From contig NC_092671.1 in the NCBI RefSeq assembly GCF_964355755.1, positions 39,318,304-39,382,303 of the forward strand: 64,000 nucleotides of DNA, in the 5' to 3' direction. A model generated the notes under the pieces. The model was not told where the DNA came from, ran no database searches, and saw nothing but the letters and a program-made list of their open reading frames with translations. This DNA is from Antedon mediterranea. Its lineage: Eukaryota > Animalia > Echinodermata. Shown here in pieces: positions 1-13,200 of the stretch. Position numbers and translations under genes: made by a program. Each line of letters begins with the position of its first letter. Within the stretch, counting starts at the first letter, position 1.

Positions 1-1071
1 ATTTCTCAATGAACATTTTTTTTTAAATTCTATACATACAAACTGGGTATCCGGCTACTGTGACGTAATCATGACGTATATAACAACATACGCTGGATCA
101 TGATTGATGTAGCGTATACAAAGCTACTACACAGACCGTTCTCATGATTGATGTTTTCACAATCAATCTATCGAATATTCGGTTGTATGACAAATTATGG
201 CTTGGTTAATTACCGTAGCGGTGTCCTCTTTACTCACGGAATACGATCGATATCGTCGCTGCAAATATACATATGATTATGTCCTTTTCATTGAAGCCGC
301 ATTAATTATATTATGAGAACTGCTGGTCAGTCTATATGAAAATAAAAAGAGGAAAAGAGTTATTTTATTCGCAAATTGTGGGGGAAAGTAGGATGGGCAC
401 TTTAATACCACTATTTATGAGGATGGTTATCCAACGCACAAAATGTTTCTGTCTACACTATCGAACTTTATGTGACAAAAAAAATGTGATGGACATAGTT
501 CCTACCAATTCTATTATTGTTTATTTCTTGTAATTTTGTATTTTTTGGTGTCAGTGGGTTTCCTGCTGCTGTAGTTATCAATGGTATTGTAGTTACTGTA
601 GTTGAATTGTTTTGACATTTTGACCTACGTAGACTTTTTATTGTAATTGTTACTTTCTATATCTTGTTGTTTATTTTTTTTTTACATTTCTTTTGGATGC
701 ACCTTCCATTTGGTCGAGTGCCACTCGTTCTACTTATAGTGTCAACACCGAATTTTCTAGTATTTGTATATACTGTATAATATTTTTTTTTTCAAAAGAA
801 CAATTAGTTTCTGTATCTGATATATAAACATTTAAACATAAAATGTTAAGTTGGACCGTTTACACGATCGAGAAAACCGCGTCTGGATCACATCTTCCAA
901 AAAAGTTAAAATGACATCCCTTTTTGTCGAGTAGCGCTAAATGGTCGTTCCGACTGACTTGACAAACTAAGTAAAGAGATAAGCACATAGGCTGGTATTG
1001 TTACACAACCGATCAATACTGTATAACGAATAATCCTATTGTGTTTATATTTAGTGTCTTAGAGCGTCGTC

Positions 1072-1086
1072 GTTACCCATAGCAAC
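1072..1086 (+). promoter_or_regulatory. RFX X-box upstream of the SPMIP4-like start codon
   Basis: GTTACC-CAT-AGCAAC fits the RFX consensus GTNRCC(N0-3)RGYAAC and lies ~175 bp upstream of the ATG of a ciliary/sperm microtubule gene. Confidence 0.7.
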
Positions 1087-1261
1087 AGTGTTTAGGTCGC
1101 TCATTACACTATTTTTGTAATCATTAGGACTCACATGTAAATAAGTTACATAGGTGTAAGCAGTGGAATACCAATGAAGACATGATCTCGGCAAATATAT
1201 GAAAATAAGAATTACTGTAGTGGAGTTATTCTCAACATACTGTACCTGGATTTAATACGAC

Positions 1262-4200
1262 ATGACATCCGTTATAACCCCCAACTTGTCAACGCCGGTA
1301 GGAGGCATGGGTGGCGGTGTGGGCCACTTTTATCGCGAACACCAAGGAGTTGATAACTTGTCAAGAAACTTTAAATCTAGTGAATTATTTACACCATTTC
1401 AAGTTCCACAAAGATCAACGGTTTCTGATACAAGGTAAATAAACATTATTTGTTGATCTTTTAGTGTTTAAGGTTTTGGAAGCCACTGAGAGCCAATATA
1501 ACATATGAACGTCCACTTTAGTTTTAGGTCTACAGTTAATAATAACAGGTAAGAATATGAAACATAGCATAACATAAAAATGGTCAAATTGCCGCTGCAC
1601 ACGCGGGGATGACTTGGGCCTGGTGCACCCCTCCCATTCTACACTATCAAACTTTATGCGACATATCTGTGCCATATTTAGACACATCACATTTTTTTTG
1701 GTCAAACTATGATAGTGTGGACAGAGCTTCAAGTCATCAAAATCACGTATCATGAAATGTTGTTTTCATTGCTTACTGTAAGTTTGTTAAGACTAATACA
1801 AGGCAATAATCATTTTGCCATTAACCCAATGCTCATCAATGAATGCGATAATATCATTGTTTTATACAAATGATTGGATAATAAAGTGCAGTGCCTATCT
1901 ATGTGACCGGACCAGATTAGTACGCCTACCCAGACACATAGTTGTCAGAGGTCATACCTACCTATATTATTTCTTCAAGTCAAATTAAATTTGGTATTTA
2001 ATTTAACATGGTTGGCACTATTAATTATAATCGTACGAATTTTACTGAAAGTCAATAAAAAACGACTGACGTTATGACAACAATCGTCAACATATTTGTT
2101 AATTACAGCAACCCTTTTTATAAATTCAAAATCTATTTATTTCAACAAATGCCATACAAAATAATACAGAGCATAAATGAGGACCAACCTAAAAGTAAAC
2201 TTTAACATGGTAACAAAAAATAATAAGAACAAGTGAGAATATGAAGCATCAGTAATAATATATGTATATAAATGAAATGTTTAATATTTATGTAAAAGAT
2301 ATTTCTTTAATTCTTTCTTAAATTGTAAAAAAATAGATTTCTTTTATATTAATAGGAAGCTTGTTCCATTGGGTGGGGCCGGCCTTTGACTGTTTACAAA
2401 CAAACGAGTTATAAATAAATAATATACTTTTACTATCTTGACAATTAAACAAACAATCCTTTATTACCATGGATAATAATCAAGAATCAATGGTAACTGA
2501 CAGGAATATTTTACAGTTTAATATTATAATTCCAGATTAATCAAACAAGATATGTCTTGCCCACGCAATCAGGTGTTTCATCAAATAATATTTCGGCACA
2601 TAAAGGCTTAAGCTCTGTATAAAACATAAACTTTATGTGACAAAAATTTGATGTGCCTATATATGGGCATGATGATGTCATATCACTATCATATTTTAGG
2701 CATATCACTACCATATTTGGGCACATCATATTTTTTGTTGTCGCATATAGTTTGATAGTGTAGACAGAGCTTTACATCGTGTTTAGTGCGCAATGGTCAT
2801 ATTTATATAAACCCACTGCACTATATTCCCCCATATTCCACAGGTCAGCGGACCAGTGGCCGTATTCACCAATCACACTTAGGCTATTAGGGAAACACTT
2901 TGCCCTACCATTAAAATTTAAAAAAAATCTCATGTCAAAGTGAATACAAATTAGGGAAAATACCTTAATATTTATTGAGTTGATTAAGTGAAATACTTAA
3001 TATTTAAGGGAAATATCTCAGTTAAGTGTGATGGCTCATATCGTCATTTTCTCCTCTGTAGTAGTATATCAGGTGTTTCATAATATTTCTGTATAAAGGC
3101 TTACACTGTGTTTAGTGCATATATATAGGCCTATATATATTATACATATAGGCTCACTTAGACCATATTCCACAGGCCAGCGGACCAGGATCATATCGTC
3201 ATTTTCTCCTCCAATTTGTCTCGTGTTCGCATGCTATGCCCCGACGAGACAGAACACGCATTTTGATTGTTGTCGCAGTTTACACGTTGTTTAAGTTGAC
3301 TGGTAACACAAACAAATCATTGAGTAAGCACGTGCTCAACTAATATTGACATTTGTTTGAAAGAAGACCACTGTCATCAAATGAATTAATGTTCGACGTG
3401 CATAGTGGCGAGTTTATAACATCTTTAAACGTACTTAAATCTATTGATAAACGATATAACCATGCATAATTAACCGACTATATACACTACTGCATACTGC
3501 AGGCCGGGCCGCCGTACATTCCTCTAATACGGTAATGTACGAAGTTTTGCAAGATATCGTAGGCCTACAGACTTGAACATCCTAAATGACCCTCATCCCC
3601 CCGTCTCCACATCACTTCCATCCCATTTCCAAGTTTTATTGCTAGTATATTGCGAATATTTGCTAATACAGTATCTAATTTATATCACATGTGATGCCCG
3701 TATCATGTAAGGTTTTAGGTTAGATAACTATAGCTGTACCAACTGATTCCCCAACAATCGCTTCGTTTTAGGCCTAAACTAAAATTGTATCTACAATTTA
3801 TTTTGTATTTAAACAGGACCACAATGAAAAACAGGTTTTCTTTTACTCGAGTGTGTAATCCGGTATAAACATTTTTTTGTAATGCATGTTAAACACATGT
3901 GATGTTGTATTACCAAATGCTCCTATAATACTTTGGAAAGATAGAGATACAGTACAGACTCTTGTCTGATTTCCTACACAATAACCGTCTCTCATGCTCT
4001 CTGAAATGAAATAATGGTAGGCCTACAGTAGGCCTATTCGTTTAAAGTCATGTAAAGTGTGCTCATCGGAAGAACATTCCGGTCTCCCCCCGATATGATC
4101 TTTAGTCCTTACTTTAAAACCATAGCAACGGTATCTATTAGTAGGCCTACAAACAATCATTCCTCTAAGGTGGTATAAAGAAAGAGACTTAACACTTAAG

Positions 4201-7200
4201 TTTTAAGAGGTTTTGTTCTGAGCACGACCTATAATAATCTTTATTTTCGTGGATGATAATATTATTGTCCGGCACACGTCGGAGGTTATTTGATATCCTC
4301 GAGGCTTTTAGGCCTACACCACAATTATTATTGTCATGTTGTATTTTGCTACTGGTATTATAGTATAACATTTAATGTTGTTATCTCAGATTATATGAGT
4401 TTGTATTTACGTTGTTATGGAAACATGGTTCTAAACTTACAGTTTTATAGATCAGAAAGTATTGAAATTATTCATTAGAACACAATAGAAGGCTATAATT
4501 ATATTATAATATGCCGATGACTGCTATTAAATAATAGGGCCTACAATTTTAATATCCGAGTATTATATATAATAATTTATCCAACTTGCACAGTAAATCA
4601 ATTAATGAATATTGCTTCGCTTTTAACATAAAATCAATCTTGTTGAATGTACTTACCTTTTTTTCGGAATACAGTTTTACAATAAAAAGAATTCGTACAA
4701 AAACATCATCATCATCAAAATCTGTAGCTAACATGCTTGCCTTCCAATCCCAAGGTCCAGGGTTCAATCCTGACCTAGTGCCAGGGTTGTAACTCACGAC
4801 TCTTTCAACTCCACTCCCTAAGCCTCAATGAGACTTAGTTTATAAGCTAAACTTCACTCCCTAAGCCTAAAATGAGACTTTATAAAAATAGTTTATCCAT
4901 CCTGTAATTGGTGAGTTTGTGCTCGTGGAATACGACAAACTGAGCTTCAAGAATTACACGTTCTCTTTATAGCATATACCGGTACAGGTGTATATTCAAA
5001 TGAGCTTCACACAGTGCTAACATAGCAACACTCGTTCCTTCTCAGTGTCAGTGGCAATATAAAGTTGACATTTTGTTTATTGATATCTTTATAAAATGTA
5101 TTTATAACTTTGTTAACACTGCATGTTAAAGCGTGGTTCCCACTAGAACGCAACGCAGCAACGTATTGACACAAAGTGATGTATTGTGTAATCACAAGTG
5201 GGAACCGACGACGCAATAATGCTGCAAAAATCGGTCAGATTTCACGCAGGCGCGGGCAAACACAATTATTGGAAGGGCATTTTCTTACGTTGCGTAGGTT
5301 GCGTTACGTTGCGTCGCCAGTGGGAACCAAGCTTAAGGCCCATTTAAGGATTGAAGCGTACATTTCGATGATTGTATAGGCGGCGTATATTGCGCCAAAA
5401 ATATGACCGTAAAATGGGATTGAAATACAACATCATAATTGTCAAAGTGAATTTGTTAATCTCATATTGAAATTTAATGTTACTAATTAAACTTGCGGTC
5501 ACAGTGGATTTTGGGTTTAACCCCTTAAGCTTGGTTCCCACTAGAACGTAACGCAAGGACGTAAACGCAACGCAAGCGTTTTAACCAATGACAAGCGAAG
5601 TTATAGACAGTTAGCAATCACAAGCGAATAAGCCATCGCTTGTGATTGGTCAAGTTACTCAAGCTTGATTTCCACTAGGACGCAACGCAAGGACGTCAAC
5701 GCAACCATGGATTAAAGAATAGAATCCATAACGCAGCGTAAGCGAGTTGACCAATTACACGCAACAGTTGGAATAATCCATCGCGTGTGATTGGTCAACT
5801 CACTTTACGTTGCGTTATGTCCTTGTGTTGCGTTCTAGTGGGAACCAAGCTTTAAGCGCAATTTCACAATTGTTTTAATTTTGTTTGAGGGTGACCAAAC
5901 AGCATGCTAACAAGCAATAGGCACAACATAAGAAGCAAAGAAGAAAAAATAGAAAAAAGATTAATGTAATTATATAGATGCCCTTACGTAAATTTATATA
6001 TAGATAAGAATGATGTATTATCAACCTGTTACGTACACATTTGTAAATATGTTAACACAATGTTATCTACCTGATTGTTTACTAATGAACTCTGTAGTAT
6101 AGTCATGATTGTGGCTATAAATACTATATTTGTTGGAATCTTTATTAGTCTTTAAAATAATTGTGTGTTTGTAACTTCAATGTTCCGTGACGTCAATTAC
6201 TAATTTTACACAAGAAAAAATAGCTATCCACAAACCATATCCGTGATTAAAAGTTTAAGATTGACTTAAGTTAAGTCGATAAAAAACTAACAAGAATATA
6301 AAGGTTCTACCGAGACTTGAACTCGGATCGCTGGATTCAAAGTCCAGAGTGCTAACCATTACACCATAGAACCGACACTTGACAAAATTTGAATTCGACA
6401 AAACGCGTTACGAAATATAATTTGGTTCACCACTGGTCCCACTGGTCCCACTTATTTTGTAGTAATTCTTTTGAAAAAGAATAATATCATGCTAAATTAT
6501 TTTGTTCAAAAAGGCATGACCATCAAAATATCAGGTTCTACCGAGACTTGAACTCGGATTGCTGGATTCAGAGTCCAGAGTGCTAACCATTACACCATAG
6601 AACCACTATAAAGCTTGTGATTGCTAATTATTCTAAAGAGATGTAAAGATGTGGGCACACACAAAGAAACAATTGCAGTTTCATTGTATTATAGTCTTAA
6701 TTCAAATGTCAGATGTATACATGTAATAAGTGTGAATTATTTGCTCTTATGAAGTGTATTATAAATTTAATTATAGAAATATCTTGAAGAAATATAGGTA
6801 TTTATAAATTCTACATTTTTAAATCAATATCGACTTTCTAATTTTAATGAAAAATAATCTTAAAAAAATTAACAAATATAAAGGTTCTACCGAGACTTGA
6901 ACTCGGATCAAGAGTGCTAACCATTACACCATAGAACCACCATGCGATCATATCCAATGATTGCAGACTATGGAAATGATACATAAGTTAAATTATAACC
7001 GTCGTGAGGTGGTTTCCCGAATGATCGTAAAATCAAAACGGTACTGGGTATGACCAACTAGCGTTATTGTCACCGGCTAGTCATCCATTCATAGAAGTAC
7101 TAATGTAGTAGCCTACCTGTACGGTGACCATCGAATGTGACCCGAGGCATGACTAACTACGACTTTTAGATGATAGAAAGTTGAGAAAAATGTTACGAGT

Positions 7201-10200
7201 AGTTGTACGACATGAAGATGTTTATGAAATTATGTCAATAATGTTTACACACTAGGCATACAAATAGTAAATGTTTGTTAGTAAAAATAATTTTAATCTT
7301 GACCTTTGACAAGATCGCCTAAAATTTATAATTTAAATCTACGATACTTAGTATTGTATATTCAGGAATAGCCGCTCATAGTCTCTTTGCTTTTCTTCCT
7401 TATATCTTATTCTTATTAACTCAAAATTATTTTAGTTAGTCATGCCTCGGGTCACATTCTATGGTCACCGTACAGGTAGGCTACTACATTAGTACTTCTA
7501 TGAATGGATGACTAGCCGGTGATAATAACGCTAGTTGGTCATAACCAGTACCGTTTTGATTTTACGATCATTCGGGAAACCACCTCACGATAATTATATA
7601 GTTTTAATTATTTGATGTTTAAATATCGGTAATTACTATGAATTTTTAAGAAAATCGATGTATGGCCTGATGTGTAGACTTAATTCAAGTGAAAATGTTT
7701 TAGTCTCAACGATTATAGGCAACGTCTTATATAAGTCAAAGATGCTCTCCAGGTGAAATGCCATCCCGAGATGAGTAGTAGTAATTAGTACAGTTTTTTT
7801 TATTTATACGTAATTTGGACTTTCTTGACCAGAGATTGAATAAATGAATGAATATACATTTTCATTCATTTCATTTCATTTATTTATTTCACTTTACAAA
7901 TATATAAATATAAAGTGGAGGAGCCTAAAAGAAAGCAAAGCTTGTGGTGAATAGGCTCCTCAAAACAAAAACTAAAAATAAAATATAAATAAAATAACAC
8001 AATTAGAAACTCCAAAAAAACAAACAACAATTAAACTAATATCTTTTCTCTAACACATAAGTTTAACATGTTTAAAACTAAAAAAACATGTAAAAAAAAA
8101 GATTATATAAATTATTTAAGAAATATCCAAATATATCAATAATAAAATAATCAATAATAAAAGAATTTACAATACCTATATAAAAAGACAATTTTTTATA
8201 TTTAAGGAGGTAAAAAATAAATAATTTATTGCTTACCTCCAAGTTTAAACTTGCTTAACTTGCAAGTGACGAGCATGATAATAATTACATAATATAAAGG
8301 AAAATTGTATTTTTGTTTTCAGGTATCGTCACTACCGCGAATATCTTGATAAAACGCCGAGGGTACCATGGGGTATGCACCGAGAATATGCAGGAGAAGG
8401 GCCCATTAACCTACCAGATGAACATCGCCCCCGCAGTGAACCACCACCTTTGGTTGAAAAAGGACACCGTCACTTTGGCTCTGGAACTGACCCGTATCCA
8501 AGGTAGGCCTAATATTATTATCATATTATATAGTGGATATCTATACGGGATTATCTGTAATAAATATCCCAAAGCTATCCCTGAAAATCTTCTAACAAAG
8601 TACGTAGGCCTATCTATAATGTTGTAACTATTTCTTAAAATTTTATTAGAATATCAATAAAAAGAAGAACAATGATTGTAAAAAGTCTGCGGCGTTTCTT
8701 GTTTAAACGATTTTCCAAATTAAAATATATACGTCACACTTGTGAATGATAGATAGTTAATTGGCCTAAACTTCGTCAGTGAAGACGCGTCCTGTGCTGT
8801 TAAAATAAAATAATACTATATTTTTGGTACTCGACTTCGTAATAAGTTCCGTGGTGGATGTTGAACTTATCACATTCTAGATTGACTTGAAATTGGCGAA
8901 TTATACCAGGAAGTGATAGAACGTAACCTTTTCAGACACCCGCAATAAATCTTCTGTCCGTGAAGTTTTGTAACTTTTCTTTTGTCACCCAATGAGTGCG
9001 AACGGAGTCATTGTATCAACTCTATTAGACCATACAATAACAATCCTCTTCCAGTCAATAGGTAAGCCCCCCTTATATCACGTGACCGGAGAGAGACAAT
9101 ACGTTTTATTTACCTACACCATGGTAACTTAGTAGATAGGTTAACGTGGTTACACTTTGCCAGGCGATAGCGAGTGGGTAGGCAGGCTGCTGCCTCGGTG
9201 GAGATGAATTGAAATCAGTTTTCTTCAGTTTTTCAAATTTGTACGTGATTGGAAAATTTCAAGTTTAAGAGTTACAGAAATGACGTCTTTACTGCCTCAA
9301 ATTCCGACAAATTACCAGCCACGGGACGAGAAATACAAGTTGTACAAGAAACTGCACCCTATCTACTACACGTAAGACGGTGGTATTAAGTTTTAATGGC
9401 TTTTTTTAGAACTGACAGTCAATTCAGTCGAAACTGTTAATTAAAACAAAATAAGCACTTGGTTTACAAATTAATTACGTCACGTTGATACGTATTATTT
9501 ATATTTCTGAATGTCAATTTATGCTCTTTATTTAATGACATTTGTGTGACCTTTGCTTCACCGCCCTACTTCATAAATGATTCCCCGAATCCAAACAGGT
9601 ATAAAGAACTCATCTAATAATGTAACCGATATTCGATGGATTACTGCAGTAATGCCAGAGATTAAGGACAGGTAGTATTAACATAATGTAATTATACTTA
9701 CACTGGTGGTATTTACAGCATTTTTCGTAACTTTCATCGCCTATCTTTATTTGTAGTAATCGTGATATCTTGTTTATCTTTTCAGAGGGTTACCAATTGA
9801 GCAATATTACAATTTAACCAGTCTTAAGAAGAGCAATGTGAGACTTAACGACCAATTGTAAGTTTGAATGCTAACCTGACTTTTAAGCTGTGCCCATATA
9901 TGGACATGATGATGTCATATCACTACCGTATTTGGGCATATCACTACCATATTTGGGCACATCACTGGATGTGTTTTGTCAAACTATGATAAGGTAGACA
10001 GGGCTTTACGTCGTACGATGACTGGTATCAATATTAATATCAAGAATAAGCAGATATTTACACGTTCTGATTGATTTTATTTGAACTTTAAATATACCAC
10101 GAGATATAGGCTCAAACATTATCTATAGTCCATACCGGGATGGCGATGATTCGTCGACCTGTCATATGCGCTATGTTCGTTATTTAAGATTTATTTCACT

Positions 10201-13200
10201 AGCAAATTGTATTTACTTTAATAGATTGTATATAATACTGAACAATGATTAGAAAGAGTAATCCTGATGTAAATATTTCGATTGTATTAATTGTCTGTCC
10301 ATAAAGCATTGGTTTGTATAAACATTGGAATGTCGTAGATCGTGATTATAATCGGTACGCTCTTAATTCGTAGTCTGCTGTGTTGTTGACGTTACACTTC
10401 ACAGCTAGGATCTATACGGAGATATACAGTTATGTATGTCTTATGCTGTCATGTAATATTAATTGTATTTTTTATTTTAGATTACCAAGACCAGAGAAAT
10501 GCGACATGACGTAAGTGGCTTACTTTACATACATTTACAGTAAGCCCAATAATTCTGAACTGAAACAACTTCATCAAACTATTCACTCTAAAACTAAATA
10601 AGTTCGGCTTGAGTTGGCGTTCCATACATGCCAGGACCTACAGGGTGACTGTTAACAAGTAGTTGCTAAATGCTAGGTTGGACGTGGACTTTAAGATATA
10701 TATCGACAATCTGGATTCACAGGGAAAATCATAATCGTTAATAACAGAATATGCTATTTTGCAGTAGGCCCTAATTTTAATCAGTCAAAACGCAAAATAG
10801 ATATTAACTTAATGTTTTTATTTTTATTTTTTTGAAAGCGCAATTCAAATTGATCGAATGTTTCCCGCGGAGCATCCGTACAGCTCTCACATGTCAAGAT
10901 ACGCAGTGTTTCCAAGTTTCAGTAACACCCCAGATGACTACAAAACCGGTGACGCTCAGAAACAAGCATTGCCGAAACATCAAGAAATCCCATCTAATCC
11001 GCATCCAGTTACCATAGGAACCAAGTCCAAAGGGGCAGCACATCGATGGGAAATTCAGCACCTACCGCCTGATTCGTTAAAGCGCGCACTCTCGTGGCCT
11101 GGTGATACTTTCTTCCAGGTTAGTCCTAGGAAGTGTATTAATACAAATTAAGATTAAATTCTATGCCTAAATAATAGTATGCCTACACCATATATGTTGA
11201 TTGACGTAAATCATTGTTCAAACTTGGAAGACGCAACGCAATGACGTAGAGGTGCAATGTAAGTGAGTTGACCAATCACAAGTGATTCGTATGATCGATT
11301 GCGTCGTGATTGGTCAAATTACTTGCAGTGCGTTCAACCGGGGACCAAGCTTAAAGGACGATTGAAATAACTACATACTTATTCATACGTATAAGTACAT
11401 ACTTATTCATAATTTGTATTTATTTGATTTTTTATTTAGCAACGTAAGACACCACATTCTGGACAGCAACAATTTTACCCAGTACCACCGAAAGCAGTTT
11501 TACCAAACCATGCCCCGAGACAACTAGATTATACCATCAACCCTAAAACTGCGAACGCGTTACGAAACGTAGAGCGTTCGCAATGGGTTACAACATACAG
11601 TAAACAGTACACAGGCTACGGACCAGCAAACGCGCTCGCGCTCGATAATTACGACGAGAAGGTCGACGCGGAGAGAAAGACTGGAATTGAAGATCATAGT
11701 CTGGTAGGTATTCATTTTTTACTTTCCCGCCAACAATATCAATTGATTTATTTCTGGTCTCTTTCCTTATTAGTTTATTTAGTATATCCTTGATTCAAAG
11801 TGCCAGGTAAATCTTTTAATTGACACCTTTTCAGTTTTTCAAATCCGGTTTTCCGCCTACGCTGTCTCACAGTCAATTTTGAAGATGGAAAACACGCAAA
11901 TGACGTCATTAATTCAATAATAAGTACATTTATTTAAAAAACTCGTTTTAAAGTGGATTTATCAAGAGGTATTTACATGGTATATGACAATTGATTATCT
12001 CTATTAATAATTTTAGCGTGGTAGTTTGGTGTAGTCTCTATCATTTTCAACCATGCTTAAGACACGTGCTTAAGACATACACAACTTTCACCTAATACTC
12101 TTATGCTTTATTAAGTTCACATTAAACACATTCGATGAGAATCGATGGTTGTTTTGAGTCATCGTCATTTCGTTCTCCCATCAATCACAGCGCTGACACG
12201 CCTAACAAGCATCTTCTTTCGTCGTTCTCAGATCAGAATTACCTGCCTGGTGGTTTGGTGGTTAAACGAAGTCAACGGTTCTATTTCAGCGTTTGTTTTC
12301 CTTTACAGAAAAGTCTATTCAAAAGATTCATCTTATGTTGATTTGAACGTATAACCCGGTCGTATACAGGCCTGTCCGGGCGTGCAGTAGACCTGTCCGG
12401 TCGTATACAGGCCTGTCCGGTCGTAGGCCTACAGTAGGCCTGTCTGGTCGTACAGATGACCATTTTCATCAATCCAAACATTTTCATAAATTTTTTTTCA
12501 TAAATCCGCTCCGTAAGCCCGGAATATTTGAAAATCTTTTATTAAAATCACTTCTCTTAATTAACAGCTATTATTAATAAATCGCCATATTTTAGGATTG
12601 TTAGATTACCGTACTTTGTAGGCCTTAATTTCGTAATTTTATTCACGCAGTTTTTTTACATTTTTCTTCCTCAGCCTATGTTGCCATATCTTCGTACCGG
12701 TACCCAGCGATCATCACTCAATCGCAAACATCTTATTTCACAATCATACTGATGATTTTAAGCTACACAGCTATGTCTACACTATCAAACTAGTGTGATG
12801 TGCCCAAATATGGTAGTGATGTGCCCAAATATGGTAGCAATATGACATAGTAATGTCCATATATGGGCACATTACATTTTTGTCACATAAAGTGTGATAG
12901 TGTGGACGAGCTTAAGACGTATATTACAAATGTAACAATTGAACATGCAGAGGATGTTAGGGAAGGAGTAGGAGGTATTCTTGTTGTGGGGACACCTATT
13001 TTAGTAGGCCTACATACAGATATTAAGTTATTTTTTATGACGAGGGGATTTTCAGAGTAGACTCGCTCACGCGCGCAAACTAAAACGGACGTTTCAATGG
13101 ATACGAATGGCTATAACAACACGATGTTTTATACATAATTTCACGTTCAATTCAATTGCGTCAGTTGCACCGTGTCAGTTGCATGTTACATGATTGTATT

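Noticed and set aside
2130-2520. LINE-like 3' remnants (also ~560-780 and ~7870-8230)
   Set aside because: Plausible but too degraded to bound or classify without a repeat library.
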